Origin: Patescibacteria group bacterium | Lineage (GTDB): Bacteria > Patescibacteriota > Minisyncoccia > Phycocordibacterales > JACZSL01 | NCBI GenBank assembly: GCA_022561335.1 | Contig: JADFRL010000001.1 | Coordinates: 1 to 59,847 of the forward strand | DNA length: 59,847 nucleotides | Direction of reading: 5' to 3' | Part shown: piece after piece, positions 37,234 through 46,255 of the stretch | Layout: every line of letters starts with the position of its first letter | How positions within the stretch are numbered: the stretch's first letter is position 1 | Translations under genes and position numbers: made by a program | The notes under the pieces: generated by a model | What the model saw: the letters and a program-made list of their open reading frames with translations, nothing else | The model's database searches: none | Told to the model about the DNA's origin: nothing

Positions 37234-37432
37234 GCGCGGCGGACGGGACTCGGTCACGAGTCACTAAATATTCTACCGCGCTGTGCTTGTAGAATATTAA
37301 GTGCTCTCGACCCCGACTCAGCCCTCCCTCGTCCCCCGGACGCGGGCTTCTGTCTTTCGAGTCCCGTCTTCTACCACAATAGAAAGTAAAATCACCCAGA
37401 AAAATATCTGGGTAATTTTACTTCTGCGCGGC
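37234..37432 (-). repeat. Repeat X: tRNA-Asp 3'-end core (37234-37252) + ~173-nt element + 7-nt partial core
   Basis: Near-identical to 38812-39010. Differences are confined to one hairpin plus 2 nt. Confidence 0.9.
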
Positions 37433-37509
37433 ATCGTGGGCGATGTTAGAACTATTTTCATAAATAAAGGTGACGCTGTTGTGTACTTTCCAGAGATAGG
37501 GGTTATATA

Positions 37510-37561
37510 AAAAGGAAACCGCCCGACCAAGAGAGCCGAGGCGGTCTCTTTGGTGGGCGGT
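37510..37561 (-). terminator. Imperfect GC-rich hairpin followed by TTCCTTTTT on the minus strand, after the 361-aa gene
   Basis: ACCGCCC..AAGAGA / TCTCTT..GGGCGGT arms, 11 nt after the stop. Confidence 0.5.
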
Positions 37562-37571
37562 AGGTAAGCTG

Positions 37572-38657
37572 TTATGCCGCAGCACTTAGCTCGGCAATTC
37601 TTTGAAGGACCTCTGCACGATTGGAGACTCGGTAGAGCTTCTTGAGAGTACCCACCGTTGTAGCATTGGCGAGAGTCTTGGTATACGCACTCTTCCCAAC
37701 TGCGCTACCTAACTCCCCTAGGCGTCGAGCTGCGCTTAGCACATCCAGAAGTCGCTCAAAGGTGTCAGCTTGTTCAAGCTCCTTTGCGAGAAGTTCAAGC
37801 TCCTTTTCAAGGAAGCGGTGACGTATCTCTTTAGCGAGCTTTTGTTCCTCTTTGTCTCGCCATAGAGATTTGTAATCAAGGCGAGATGCTTCCTCCAAAG
37901 AGGAGACCAATTCGGCAAGCCTTTGGAAAAGTAGTTTTCCATCGATTTGCCCATCGAGCTTCTCTACATCATTGAAAGTCTGTGCTTGAGCAAGAGCTTG
38001 CTCGGAAAGTTCGCGGCGTTTCTGCGACAAAATCTCTGCAGCTTGTCCTTCGAGGTATGCTCCCAACAAAGTTTGAACGTCCTTGAGTGTTTCAATCTTG
38101 CTGCACCAACCAATGAGCCCCTCGCTACAGTCGCAAAACAATGGGGCGTATCGGTAATCGCTGTGAATGCGAAGTGCTTCTTTCAACGAAGGTGCGTTCC
38201 TCGTCGCCTCAATCGCCACCTTGTGCAAGTGGGCCCGCGCAGCTTCTTCCTCGATACTGCGATATTGGCAGTAGTCTCGGACCTTGCCCCACAAGTGCGT
38301 TGCATCATCCAAGGTTTTTGCAAGGGAAACAACTTTCTCTAGTGCTTCCTTACGTATACTTGCGTGTCCGAATGCCCACTCAATGATGAAGTGGGCGTCA
38401 GCGTACGTGCTGGCTAACCTCACTTTCTCCAAAATGATTTTGCGGAGTTTTGATTTGGCCGCTGCATACAACTCCTCATTTCTGGCTCGTTCAGAGTGCC
38501 CAGAAGCCCAGCCATGAATCGAGCTGACTTCCTCAATAGTCTCGACTACCCTGAGAAGCTCCAAATCAATAGGAATGCCAAGGTCCTCGGCTATGAGGTC
38601 GATGCGGGAATCCATTTCCCGCGACAGCTTCAAAGCCATTAGTGCGGATTTGCTCAT
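37572..38657 (-). CDS. Hypothetical all-alpha protein (361 aa), GC-rich
   Basis: GGAGGA SD, own promoter-like TATAAT (minus strand, about 38.73 kb) and own terminator. Ala/Leu/Glu-rich helical-repeat character. Confidence 0.55.
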   Translation of the reverse strand: MSKSALMALKLSREMDSRIDLIAEDLGIPIDLELLRVVETIEEVSSIHGWASGHSERARNEELYAAAKSKLRKIILEKVRLASTYADAHFIIEWAFGHASIRKEALEKVVSLAKTLDDATHLWGKVRDYCQYRSIEEEAARAHLHKVAIEATRNAPSLKEALRIHSDYRYAPLFCDCSEGLIGWCSKIETLKDVQTLLGAYLEGQAAEILSQKRRELSEQALAQAQTFNDVEKLDGQIDGKLLFQRLAELVSSLEEASRLDYKSLWRDKEEQKLAKEIRHRFLEKELELLAKELEQADTFERLLDVLSAARRLGELGSAVGKSAYTKTLANATTVGTLKKLYRVSNRAEVLQRIAELSAAA

Positions 38658-38775
38658 TTCATCCTCCGTGGTCTATATGACGTCTGGGACAATCATATAC
38701 TTTCACATAGGTTTTGTCATTTGAAAGCAAAAATTATTATACTAAAGTTTCAGTTCCAACGTCCCGTGAGTATAC

Positions 38776-38802
38776 ACAAAAGAACCTTACGTAGTAAGGC
38801 TC
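38776..38802 (-). terminator. Hairpin GAGCCUUAC-UAC-GUAAGGUUC + UUUUGU on the minus strand
   Basis: Immediately downstream (minus sense) of the second tRNA-Asp core copy. Confidence 0.5.
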
Positions 38803-38811
38803 TTTTCGCAA

Positions 38812-39010
38812 GCGCGGCGGACGGGACTCGGTCACGAGTCACTAAGTATTTTAGTTCGCTTTGCTTCTAAAATACTAAGTGCTCTCGACCCCGACTCAGC
38901 CCTCCCTCGTCCCCCGGACGCGGGCTTCTGTCTTTCGAGTCCCGTCTTCTACCACAATAGAAAGTAAAATCACCCAGAAAAATATCTGGGTGATTTTACT
39001 TTTGCGCGGC
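38812..39010 (-). repeat. Repeat Y: second tRNA-Asp 3'-end core (38812-38830) + ~173-nt element, abutting the real tRNA-Asp
   Basis: See repeat X. Confidence 0.9.
38961..39002 (-). terminator. Perfect 18-bp hairpin directly after tRNA-Asp (AAAGTAAAATCACCCAGA-N6-TCTGGGTGATTTTACTTT)
   Basis: Read directly. The copy in repeat X (37383-37424) has 2 mismatches. Confidence 0.5.
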
Positions 39011-39078
39011 GGACGGGACTCGAACCCGCAACTTCTGCCGTGACAGGGCAGTGCTCTATCCAATTGAACTACCGCCGC
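39005..39078 (-). tRNA. tRNA-Asp (anticodon GUC)
   Basis: GCGGCGG acceptor, anticodon arm CUGCC-CUGUCAC-GGCAG, T arm GCGGG-UUCGAGU-CCCGU. No encoded CCA. Confidence 0.9.
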
Positions 39079-39141
39079 ATTTTTATATTATACAGAAATA
39101 ACGTTATTAATCACGTAATTAATGACGTTATTTCAATCATG

Positions 39142-39215
39142 TGCCGGGAGTGAGAATTGAACTCACGACCTCAGGTTTATGAGTCCTGTGCTCTAACCAA
39201 CTGAGCTACCCCGGC
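39142..39215 (-). tRNA. tRNA with CAU anticodon (elongator Met, or Ile2 if lysidine-modified)
   Basis: GCCGGGG acceptor, GCUC/GAGC D stem, loop CUCAUAA, T arm GUGAG-UUCAAUU-CUCAC. A31-A39 mismatch noted. Confidence 0.8.
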
Positions 39216-39299
39216 GAAAGTAAAACTAAAAATAGCATTTCTACGGTGGTAATTCAACAACAAAGGAACACATGAAGCACCCCCTCGCCGCTTCGCTTA

Positions 39300-39340
39300 T
39301 TGCGGGGCCGGGAATTGAACCCAGGTCTGGAGGTTATGAG
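39300..39340 (-). pseudogene. Truncated initiator-tRNA copy (3' half only, anticodon loop to discriminator)
   Basis: 38/41 identical to 50234-50274 of the intact tRNA. Identity stops exactly at the 5' edge of the anticodon loop. Confidence 0.85.
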
Positions 39341-39677
39341 TCTGATTGAGGAGTAACAGAAAAGTAGTCAAAAGACATTGGGAAATAAGAACATGTGTAT
39401 CTACTGAGCCGCTGTTTGTTTTTTGAGAACTTTCCAGTTGTACTCAGCAGATGTCAGATTTAGTCACTTTTTATCACTTTTTGGGCAACCTGTGGGCGAC
39501 GCTTTAGGTTATGCTCGTCTAAATTATTATTGGAAAGAGCAATATAAGAAGAGTGATAAATTTAAGTGGATGTGATTTTATCCACAGAGTTGGCGAATCC
39601 TAGTTACAAACTACTCATATGCAAAAGGTGTAATGCAAAGCTATACTCCAAACTATATATAGGACTAGTTGTGCATT

Positions 39678-40244
39678 TTAACGAGAAATTGATATCTCCG
39701 TGGAATTCTCTGATTCACAAGCCCGTACGTGGAGAATTCCTGTGGTTTCGCGCTCCAATGTATAACCTGTACCTTCCTCACCTGCCGTATCTCCATCATC
39801 CCAAGTTACTGCACCAGTCGGGCTAATTGGTATAGAACCAAGGTATCCCTCGGTTATCATACCGGACAGGTTTACACAATCTGTGTCTCCCGTGACATTT
39901 GTATCACAACTTGCGTTATTGTCGTCACATCCAGCCACCATGCTTGCACCGTTTACAATCATATAGACATTTCCTGCTGTCATACTTGAGATTGTAGAGA
40001 GGTATGAGCCACCGTTATCTACTTGGTCAATTTTAATGGCAGAAAGAACAGCGGTAACATCAGACCAACGCGACGAGTCACGTGCATCTTGAAACCGCTT
40101 TAATGGGTCAAGGGCCACAAAAACAACAGACGCCAATATTGCTATAATAGCCATCACAATAAGAAGCTCAATGAGTGTAAACCCAGCCCTTCTCTTCTTC
40201 ACATCAAAAGAAACGCTGGGTAAGCTGCCCCACCTTTTTCCCAT
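39678..40244 (-). CDS. Type IV pilin-like protein
   Basis: Prepilin motif AGFTLIELLIVMAIIAILASVV. Paralogue of the next gene. Confidence 0.75.
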   Translation of the reverse strand: MGKRWGSLPSVSFDVKKRRAGFTLIELLIVMAIIAILASVVFVALDPLKRFQDARDSSRWSDVTAVLSAIKIDQVDNGGSYLSTISSMTAGNVYMIVNGASMVAGCDDNNASCDTNVTGDTDCVNLSGMITEGYLGSIPISPTGAVTWDDGDTAGEEGTGYTLERETTGILHVRACESENSTEISISR

Positions 40245-40272
40245 AATAACGTTACTAGTTAATTACAGAACT

Positions 40273-40764
40273 CTACCTGGTGATAAATATAGCTCCGCTC
40301 CCTTCCGCATCACAAGCGCCTACTTCAACAAAACCATCACTTGATTTGTAAAGATAATAGTCGGTTTCCGCAGCTGTTCCTGTACTAGGATCGACTGGAA
40401 TGCTCCCTATATAACCTTCTGTCACTAAGCCGGAGAGATCCAAGCAAGCCGCAAGAGTTGTTGTGGCCGTGCAACCAGAATCACACCCAGATACAGCAGT
40501 ACCAAGCTGATGGGTTCCGTCGGCAGCACCGTTAAGAGCAGAAATATAGGTTCCACCATTATCTACTTGATCAACTATAATTGCTCCAACCATCGATGAA
40601 ACGTCTTGCCAACGAGTTGCGTCCCTTGCATCTTGAAAGCGTGTTAATGGATCAAGGGCCACAAAGACAACGGCTGCCAAAATGGCAATAATAGCAATAA
40701 CAATCAAAAGCTCGATCAGGGTAAACCCTCTGTTCGTATTATTCTTTATTTTGTCAAGATTCAT
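40273..40764 (-). CDS. Type IV pilin (probable major subunit of set A)
   Basis: RGFTLIELLIVIAIIAILAAVVFVALDP. 163 aa. Confidence 0.8.
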   Translation of the reverse strand: MNLDKIKNNTNRGFTLIELLIVIAIIAILAAVVFVALDPLTRFQDARDATRWQDVSSMVGAIIVDQVDNGGTYISALNGAADGTHQLGTAVSGCDSGCTATTTLAACLDLSGLVTEGYIGSIPVDPSTGTAAETDYYLYKSSDGFVEVGACDAEGSGAIFITR

Positions 40765-41029
40765 AATGCTTAATATTTAAAATACTTTCAGCCTTATAAT
40801 TTTTATATTATATCATTCATCAAGCTCCTATAATAGAGAATAGATACCTCCCACAGGGGATAGCGCTGCCATCTTAAAATTGTCCACATCTGGACCATTT
40901 CTAAAAATAAATCAACTTCGGAGGTACACGGCTCGTATTTAGTTTTATTAAGATTAGGTTTTCGCTAGAGCCACTGCTGATTTTAACTATTCACGCTGAG
41001 AATGAATCTTTGCTTTATATCTGGCTCGC

Positions 41030-42259
41030 TTATTGCTCATATATTATGGGTTTATCGTACCAAAATGAGACAGAAAGTATTAAAGTTATCACTAAGAGTA
41101 GAGCCGTCAAAACAATTTCTTTACGATAAGTTTTTATCCAATTTTGAACCTTAAAAGGAGGCCTTACTTTTCCATCTTGCACAACGCTCGTGAGGGGCTC
41201 TGCCCGAGAAGTGCTCGAGAATCCGAGAGAAAAGGTCGGTTGATCGTTCCATCTACTTTCAAGATTCCGGAGTGCAAGGCCTATCGACTCAAGGTAAAGC
41301 AGCCCATCATCCTCAGACATTATTATGACTGGTTTTCCGAGACGTGCAGGAATATTTAGATTGACATTAAAATACTCTGGGAGTCCAGAAAGGAGACTCG
41401 AACCACCTACAAGAATGAGCTCCTTTACACTACTTTCTGTTTGGGACTTCAAATATGAAAAGGCAGTATTGCTCTCCATAACAATTATCTCTAAAACTTT
41501 AACTAAGGCATTGCAAACTTTCTCTCCTGGTTTCGTAAGTCCTTCCTTCCTTTTCTCCTCCTCTGCCTTATTTAGATCCTTAACAGAAAGTGCTCGTGCA
41601 ACTTCCGCCGTCATAGCATCACCTCCAATATTAAGCGTGTGCGAATATCGTATACCCGCTTCATCAAAAATATTTATATTTGTTGTAACGGATCCCAAAT
41701 CTATGATGCAGACTGGCAACTTGACTTGCTTGCTAAATATCCCTCTGTAAATAGCCAACGCTTCAATATCAAATGCGTCTATTTTTATATTGGCAGTTCT
41801 AAAAAAATCTTGCCAGGTAACAAAGGCTTTCCTGCTAATGGCAACAAGAAAAATTTCTGCTTTATCCCCATTCTCACTTATTATCTGGTATGAATAAATC
41901 AGGTCATCCGAGGGTAGTGGAATATGGCTTTGGGCTTCTTCAGATATGAGACCCAATCTCTTTTCTTTTTCATGCGGACCTATTGAAAAGACGTGCGTAT
42001 AGACCAAGGACCCTGGTAATCCAAAGATTACCCCGGCAGGTTTAATGGGTTGAGGTTGGGCGTTTTCAAATAAAGACTTCAGAACTTCTGTGAGCCTGTC
42101 TGCATTTTTAATCTCCCCACGCTCAACCACACCAGGTGCCAATTGAGTTCTGCCAGTGCTTGTAACATTTATTTTAGTGCCCTCTTTAGTCAGTTCAACA
42201 ACCTCAATGGTGTGATCAGCTATATCAAGACCTATCGCTTTTTTGTTAAAAATTTTCAT
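41030..42259 (-). CDS. pilM: Type IV pilus assembly protein PilM with C-terminal TM segment (PilN-like tail)
   Basis: Actin-like ATPase fold signature start IGLDIADHTIEVVEL. TM helix near the C-terminus. Confidence 0.75.
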   Translation of the reverse strand: MKIFNKKAIGLDIADHTIEVVELTKEGTKINVTSTGRTQLAPGVVERGEIKNADRLTEVLKSLFENAQPQPIKPAGVIFGLPGSLVYTHVFSIGPHEKEKRLGLISEEAQSHIPLPSDDLIYSYQIISENGDKAEIFLVAISRKAFVTWQDFFRTANIKIDAFDIEALAIYRGIFSKQVKLPVCIIDLGSVTTNINIFDEAGIRYSHTLNIGGDAMTAEVARALSVKDLNKAEEEKRKEGLTKPGEKVCNALVKVLEIIVMESNTAFSYLKSQTESSVKELILVGGSSLLSGLPEYFNVNLNIPARLGKPVIIMSEDDGLLYLESIGLALRNLESRWNDQPTFSLGFSSTSRAEPLTSVVQDGKVRPPFKVQNWIKTYRKEIVLTALLLVITLILSVSFWYDKPIIYEQ

Positions 42260-42265
42260 AAATAT

Positions 42266-42670
42266 TTAATCGCTTTTTTCCTCCCATGAAATAAGCGTGA
42301 TGTCATTTCCAGAAAGTGTAATGTTCGTCTCAATCTTTCCATAATAATTGTCTGTCGTGCTTGCTGTCACAGTTATTTCTCTATTGCTGCCACTAGGTAC
42401 AACACTTATTATACATGACCCATTTTCTGTTGTTACATTACCCCCACTGTAATTAGTGTCCAGAATAATTCTACGCAAAGCTTCATCAGTACAACCATCA
42501 GCTATTGAAAAAGCTTCCTCTCCACGAGATTCCACATATCCTTGGTCAAGCTCTCCCAAGCCCAAAATAGAGCTCGACAAGGCCATAATTAAAGCCGCAG
42601 CTCCTACTATTACGATGGTCAATAGAGCCACAATACCTCTATTGTCTGAGACTAATCGATGTTTGGGCAT
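42266..42670 (-). CDS. Pilus-associated membrane-anchored protein (PilX-like, no cleavage motif)
   Basis: N-terminal TM (IVALLTIVIVGAAALIMAL) and position inside the minor-pilin block. Confidence 0.4.
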   Translation of the reverse strand: MPKHRLVSDNRGIVALLTIVIVGAAALIMALSSSILGLGELDQGYVESRGEEAFSIADGCTDEALRRIILDTNYSGGNVTTENGSCIISVVPSGSNREITVTASTTDNYYGKIETNITLSGNDITLISWEEKSD

Positions 42671-43169
42671 TTTGTTCATAATTATAAACTGAACTAGCAC
42701 TTATATTATTATATTCAACCGTAATCTCTAATCGTATATTTTCTCTAGAGGTAAAATACGTTAAATCAGTGAACACAAGATTGACTACATTCACTCGATC
42801 AGATGTTACTGAAGACGTAGCATACGATCCTTCTTTTATTACAAGAGTTCCATTATCTTCATCAAGACTTATAGTTGTAGGATTTAAGGTACTTGAGGCC
42901 ATCGCAAGAGACAAAAACCCTGGATCTGTGTCAAAAATTGAGCTTCCTATGTTAATATCCTGAGCTGCTCTAATTCTTCGACGAATCATATCAAGAGCCA
43001 CCCTTGTATTAGCTTGGACTTCTTGAACAACATACGTCTTACCACGAGAATCAGATATGGAAATGCTGAAACTGATAAAACTTGAAACTACAATACCGAT
43101 AATTGAAATGTAAATAAGAGTTTCAATTAACGTAAACCCCTCACTGTTTCTTTGTGAAGATATTTTCAT
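42639..43169 (-). CDS. Minor pilin (PilW/PulJ-like)
   Basis: EGFTLIETLIYISIIGIVV prepilin motif. Confidence 0.65.
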   Translation of the reverse strand: MKISSQRNSEGFTLIETLIYISIIGIVVSSFISFSISISDSRGKTYVVQEVQANTRVALDMIRRRIRAAQDINIGSSIFDTDPGFLSLAMASSTLNPTTISLDEDNGTLVIKEGSYATSSVTSDRVNVVNLVFTDLTYFTSRENIRLEITVEYNNISASSVYNYEQNAQTSISLRQ

Positions 43170-43171
43170 AC

Positions 43172-44722
43172 TTATTGATAATTTATCCTTATTTCCTCCA
43201 TTATTGGCGTATCAGTACCATTTCCATCAATAGTCAATCTATAACGAATCCACTGGTCTCCATTGTGATCTGTGTGTATAAGTTCTCCAGAAGGATCAAT
43301 AAAATAATCAGTCACATCTCCATCTTTTCCTTCGGGGCCAGACCATTCAGCACTACTAAGCCCCGCTTGAGTAGCAGCAGTCCGAATCTGAACTCTTACA
43401 TCACAAGAGGCACCACATGCAACGTTAGTTACGCTTTCTGTCCATTCTACAATATTAAATACACTTGCGGTGCCCGTATCAAAGTCTGATGAGATATAAA
43501 ATCCGGAGGAAGCATACCCAGGAGATGCAGTAGATGGATGCACGACTATTGTACGGGTTTCCCAAGGAGCACTTTTGCTAAGTGTGAAAGCTCCAGGATC
43601 TTCACTTGAAGAAGTTGTATGAATATATGCATGCCCGCCAGTAGCACCAGCCCCTCCACCACCGGTTCTAAATTTAACTACAGTTGAATAGCCACCTGGA
43701 CCAGATCTGACAGTTCTTCTACCATCGGTATTACCATCAACAGCGATAAAAAGATAATCCTTTGGACCTCCTGTGGGCGTTATTGAGTCTGGATCAGGAG
43801 CATTACTGTCGCCTGTTGCGCCACTTGATACTTCAGGTGCTTGAATCGAAGGATTTTCGTGCCCTGTAATCTTAAGGTAGGTAGATCCAGAGCGCGAGCC
43901 AGAGGAAGAGGTAAAAGATGGAGTCTCACTCCCCACGAGCTGTTTATAGTACACGGCGCCACCACTTGAATCATACAATTCTATCCAACCTGTTGTGCCT
44001 GAGGTTTGTGTCCATGTAGATGCAATATCTCCACTTTGAAGAAAAACAATATATAAATCTCCCGATACCGGAGTCCCTGAAAGTGAAATACTAAATGCTC
44101 CTCCATTATTATCGGTTTCTGAACCTTCTGATACTACTGTCAGAGATAATTCTTGTAAGATTATTGCACCATCGGAATCACCGAGCGTAGTGGAATTTTC
44201 ACTGCTGCTAAAAGTTCCGTCAGTAAAATCGGAATTGGTGTCCTCTACCCAATATTGTGAGTCCCAGTTTGTTATATAAGCAACACGCTTTACAGTGTTA
44301 GAAATCCCCACACGCGTATTCCAGATAACTGTTACGGTTGTTTGTTTGCTATTTAAATCTGTATAACTGCCCGGGCAAATAGTTATATTGTCTGACCCAT
44401 CTCTACAAACATCATCAAAAGAAATTGTACGAGTGTATTGACCAATTGTTTCTGTAGTATCCTCTCCATTAAATATCCACCTGCCGCTGCTTGATGAAAC
44501 ACTACTCGTGCTAAATATATTTTCGTTCCACGCTCCATCGCGAATAGCACGGACCGCTTCAGTTCCCTCCTCAGCAAGTGCTGTCGCTTCGATGTATTCA
44601 CCACCCTGCTGCAACGCCACAAATCCACCTGTGGCTAGAGATGTCATAGCAGCACCGATAAGTGCAAAAATAGCTAAAGCCACTATGACTTCAAGAATTG
44701 ATTGTCCGCTGTTGTAATTCAT
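43172..44722 (-). CDS. Large pilin-like protein (516 aa), candidate tip/adhesin subunit
   Basis: N-terminus GQSILEVIVALAIFALIGAA (pilin-type helix with Glu at +5), followed by a large Ser/Thr/Gly-rich domain. Confidence 0.55.
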   Translation of the reverse strand: MNYNSGQSILEVIVALAIFALIGAAMTSLATGGFVALQQGGEYIEATALAEEGTEAVRAIRDGAWNENIFSTSSVSSSSGRWIFNGEDTTETIGQYTRTISFDDVCRDGSDNITICPGSYTDLNSKQTTVTVIWNTRVGISNTVKRVAYITNWDSQYWVEDTNSDFTDGTFSSSENSTTLGDSDGAIILQELSLTVVSEGSETDNNGGAFSISLSGTPVSGDLYIVFLQSGDIASTWTQTSGTTGWIELYDSSGGAVYYKQLVGSETPSFTSSSGSRSGSTYLKITGHENPSIQAPEVSSGATGDSNAPDPDSITPTGGPKDYLFIAVDGNTDGRRTVRSGPGGYSTVVKFRTGGGGAGATGGHAYIHTTSSSEDPGAFTLSKSAPWETRTIVVHPSTASPGYASSGFYISSDFDTGTASVFNIVEWTESVTNVACGASCDVRVQIRTAATQAGLSSAEWSGPEGKDGDVTDYFIDPSGELIHTDHNGDQWIRYRLTIDGNGTDTPIMEEIRINYQ

Positions 44723-45201
44723 TGTCCAAAAATACTACCAATTCTTGTAATGGTAACCGTGCGCGCACCCTGTGCATCGTGCGTCAGAATTACTGTACCT
44801 GTAGCATTTGGACCGCCAAAACTTTTTGAAAAAGAGACTTCATCACCTGAGAGTGTCGTCGAAAGCATTATGCTCGAACTCAATGTCAGAGCTCGATCAT
44901 AGTTTGAATCTCGTGTAGCAAACGAGTCTCCTTGATAGAGAATGAAACGGTCATCTCCAGGAGCATTTATCTCAAAATATACGCCGTGCATTGAATCATT
45001 TCTACGAGCTATACTACGCTCGCGAGCTGTTCGCAGCGTTTGCACAATTTGATCCATAGAGTCATTAAGTTGGCTTGAGACTTGTAAATTACCATAGATA
45101 GGAATGGCTACAACTACCAGAGCAAGAGTAATTCCAATGACGATCAAAAGCTCAATTAATGTAAAACCACACTTACCTTTGGATATTGCCGGTAATGTCA
45201 T
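44719..45201 (-). CDS. Minor pilin (GspH/FimT-like)
   Basis: CGFTLIELLIVIGITLALVVV. Confidence 0.65.
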   Translation of the reverse strand: MTLPAISKGKCGFTLIELLIVIGITLALVVVAIPIYGNLQVSSQLNDSMDQIVQTLRTARERSIARRNDSMHGVYFEINAPGDDRFILYQGDSFATRDSNYDRALTLSSSIMLSTTLSGDEVSFSKSFGGPNATGTVILTHDAQGARTVTITRIGSIFGQ

Positions 45202-46255
45202 AAATTGGAGTTATTATGGAAAGAGCCAGAAAACCCACCACCAATCCTATGAAAAGAAGTAGTAGTGGTTCTATGGCAGTAGATAAGGCTTTGGTAGCAG
45301 TATCCACCTCATCTTCATAATATGAGGCCAAATAAAACAAGGTCTTTTCAAACTGACCCGATTCTTCCCCAACTTGAATCATTCTTGTTGCAAGTACAGG
45401 GAAAAGATTATTAAAAGTAGCTAAGTTGTCAGAGAGTTTAGAACCCGATCTGATATTACGACTCACACGTTTTAGAGCTCGAGCATAATAGAAATTACCC
45501 ACAGTATTCTCCGTAATTTCTAATGATTCATCAATACGTAAACCGCTCTTTAAAAGCATCCCCAGTGTGCGAGAAAATCGGGCTAAGTTTGCATTCATTG
45601 TAATACGTCCAATGATAGGTGTGTGCAGAAGAAACCAGTGAGTAAAGGGTTTCGTGAAGGACTGTCGTACTAACCAAATTGTAAAAGTAAAAAAGACAAT
45701 AATACTCAGGAAAAATATCAGTCCATTATTTTCTATAAAATGAGAGAATGCAATAAGGGCTTTTGTGGTTGTGGGTAACTCCACTCGCAAACCTTCAAAA
45801 AGTGGAGTGATCTTCGGTAAGATTACAAAAGAAAGAATCATACCAAGAATAAATGTCGCTATCAGTATCACAACAGGATAGACCAGTGCCCCCTTCACTT
45901 TTGCGATAAGATCTTTTTCTTTTTCCAACTGAACAGAAATGTTTTCAAGATTTCCCACCAACGTACCTGATAATTCTCCAGCTCTCGTGGCACTTACAAA
46001 TAGGCCAGAAAATATTTTAGGATATCGAGAAAAGGAGTCAGCCAAGGTGTGGCCAGACATTACAGACTCTGAAACACCTCTTAAAACACCGGAAAGTTTA
46101 CTACGTGAAGACTGTGACGCAATATCGAGCGCTTCGATTAATGGCAAACCACTGTGAAGCATAACCGATAGTTGTTTAGCAAATAGTGCCTTGTCCACCA
46201 AAGAAACTCCTCCTAATTGGATGTCTAACACACTCTTTTTCTTATATTTAAGCAT
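45173..46255 (-). CDS. pilC: Type IV pilus platform protein PilC (GspF family)
   Basis: Two GspF-type repeats. QVGEESGQFEKTL and C-terminal PIYDITGNI. Confidence 0.85.
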   Translation of the reverse strand: MLKYKKKSVLDIQLGGVSLVDKALFAKQLSVMLHSGLPLIEALDIASQSSRSKLSGVLRGVSESVMSGHTLADSFSRYPKIFSGLFVSATRAGELSGTLVGNLENISVQLEKEKDLIAKVKGALVYPVVILIATFILGMILSFVILPKITPLFEGLRVELPTTTKALIAFSHFIENNGLIFFLSIIVFFTFTIWLVRQSFTKPFTHWFLLHTPIIGRITMNANLARFSRTLGMLLKSGLRIDESLEITENTVGNFYYARALKRVSRNIRSGSKLSDNLATFNNLFPVLATRMIQVGEESGQFEKTLFYLASYYEDEVDTATKALSTAIEPLLLLFIGLVVGFLALSIITPIYDITGNIQR

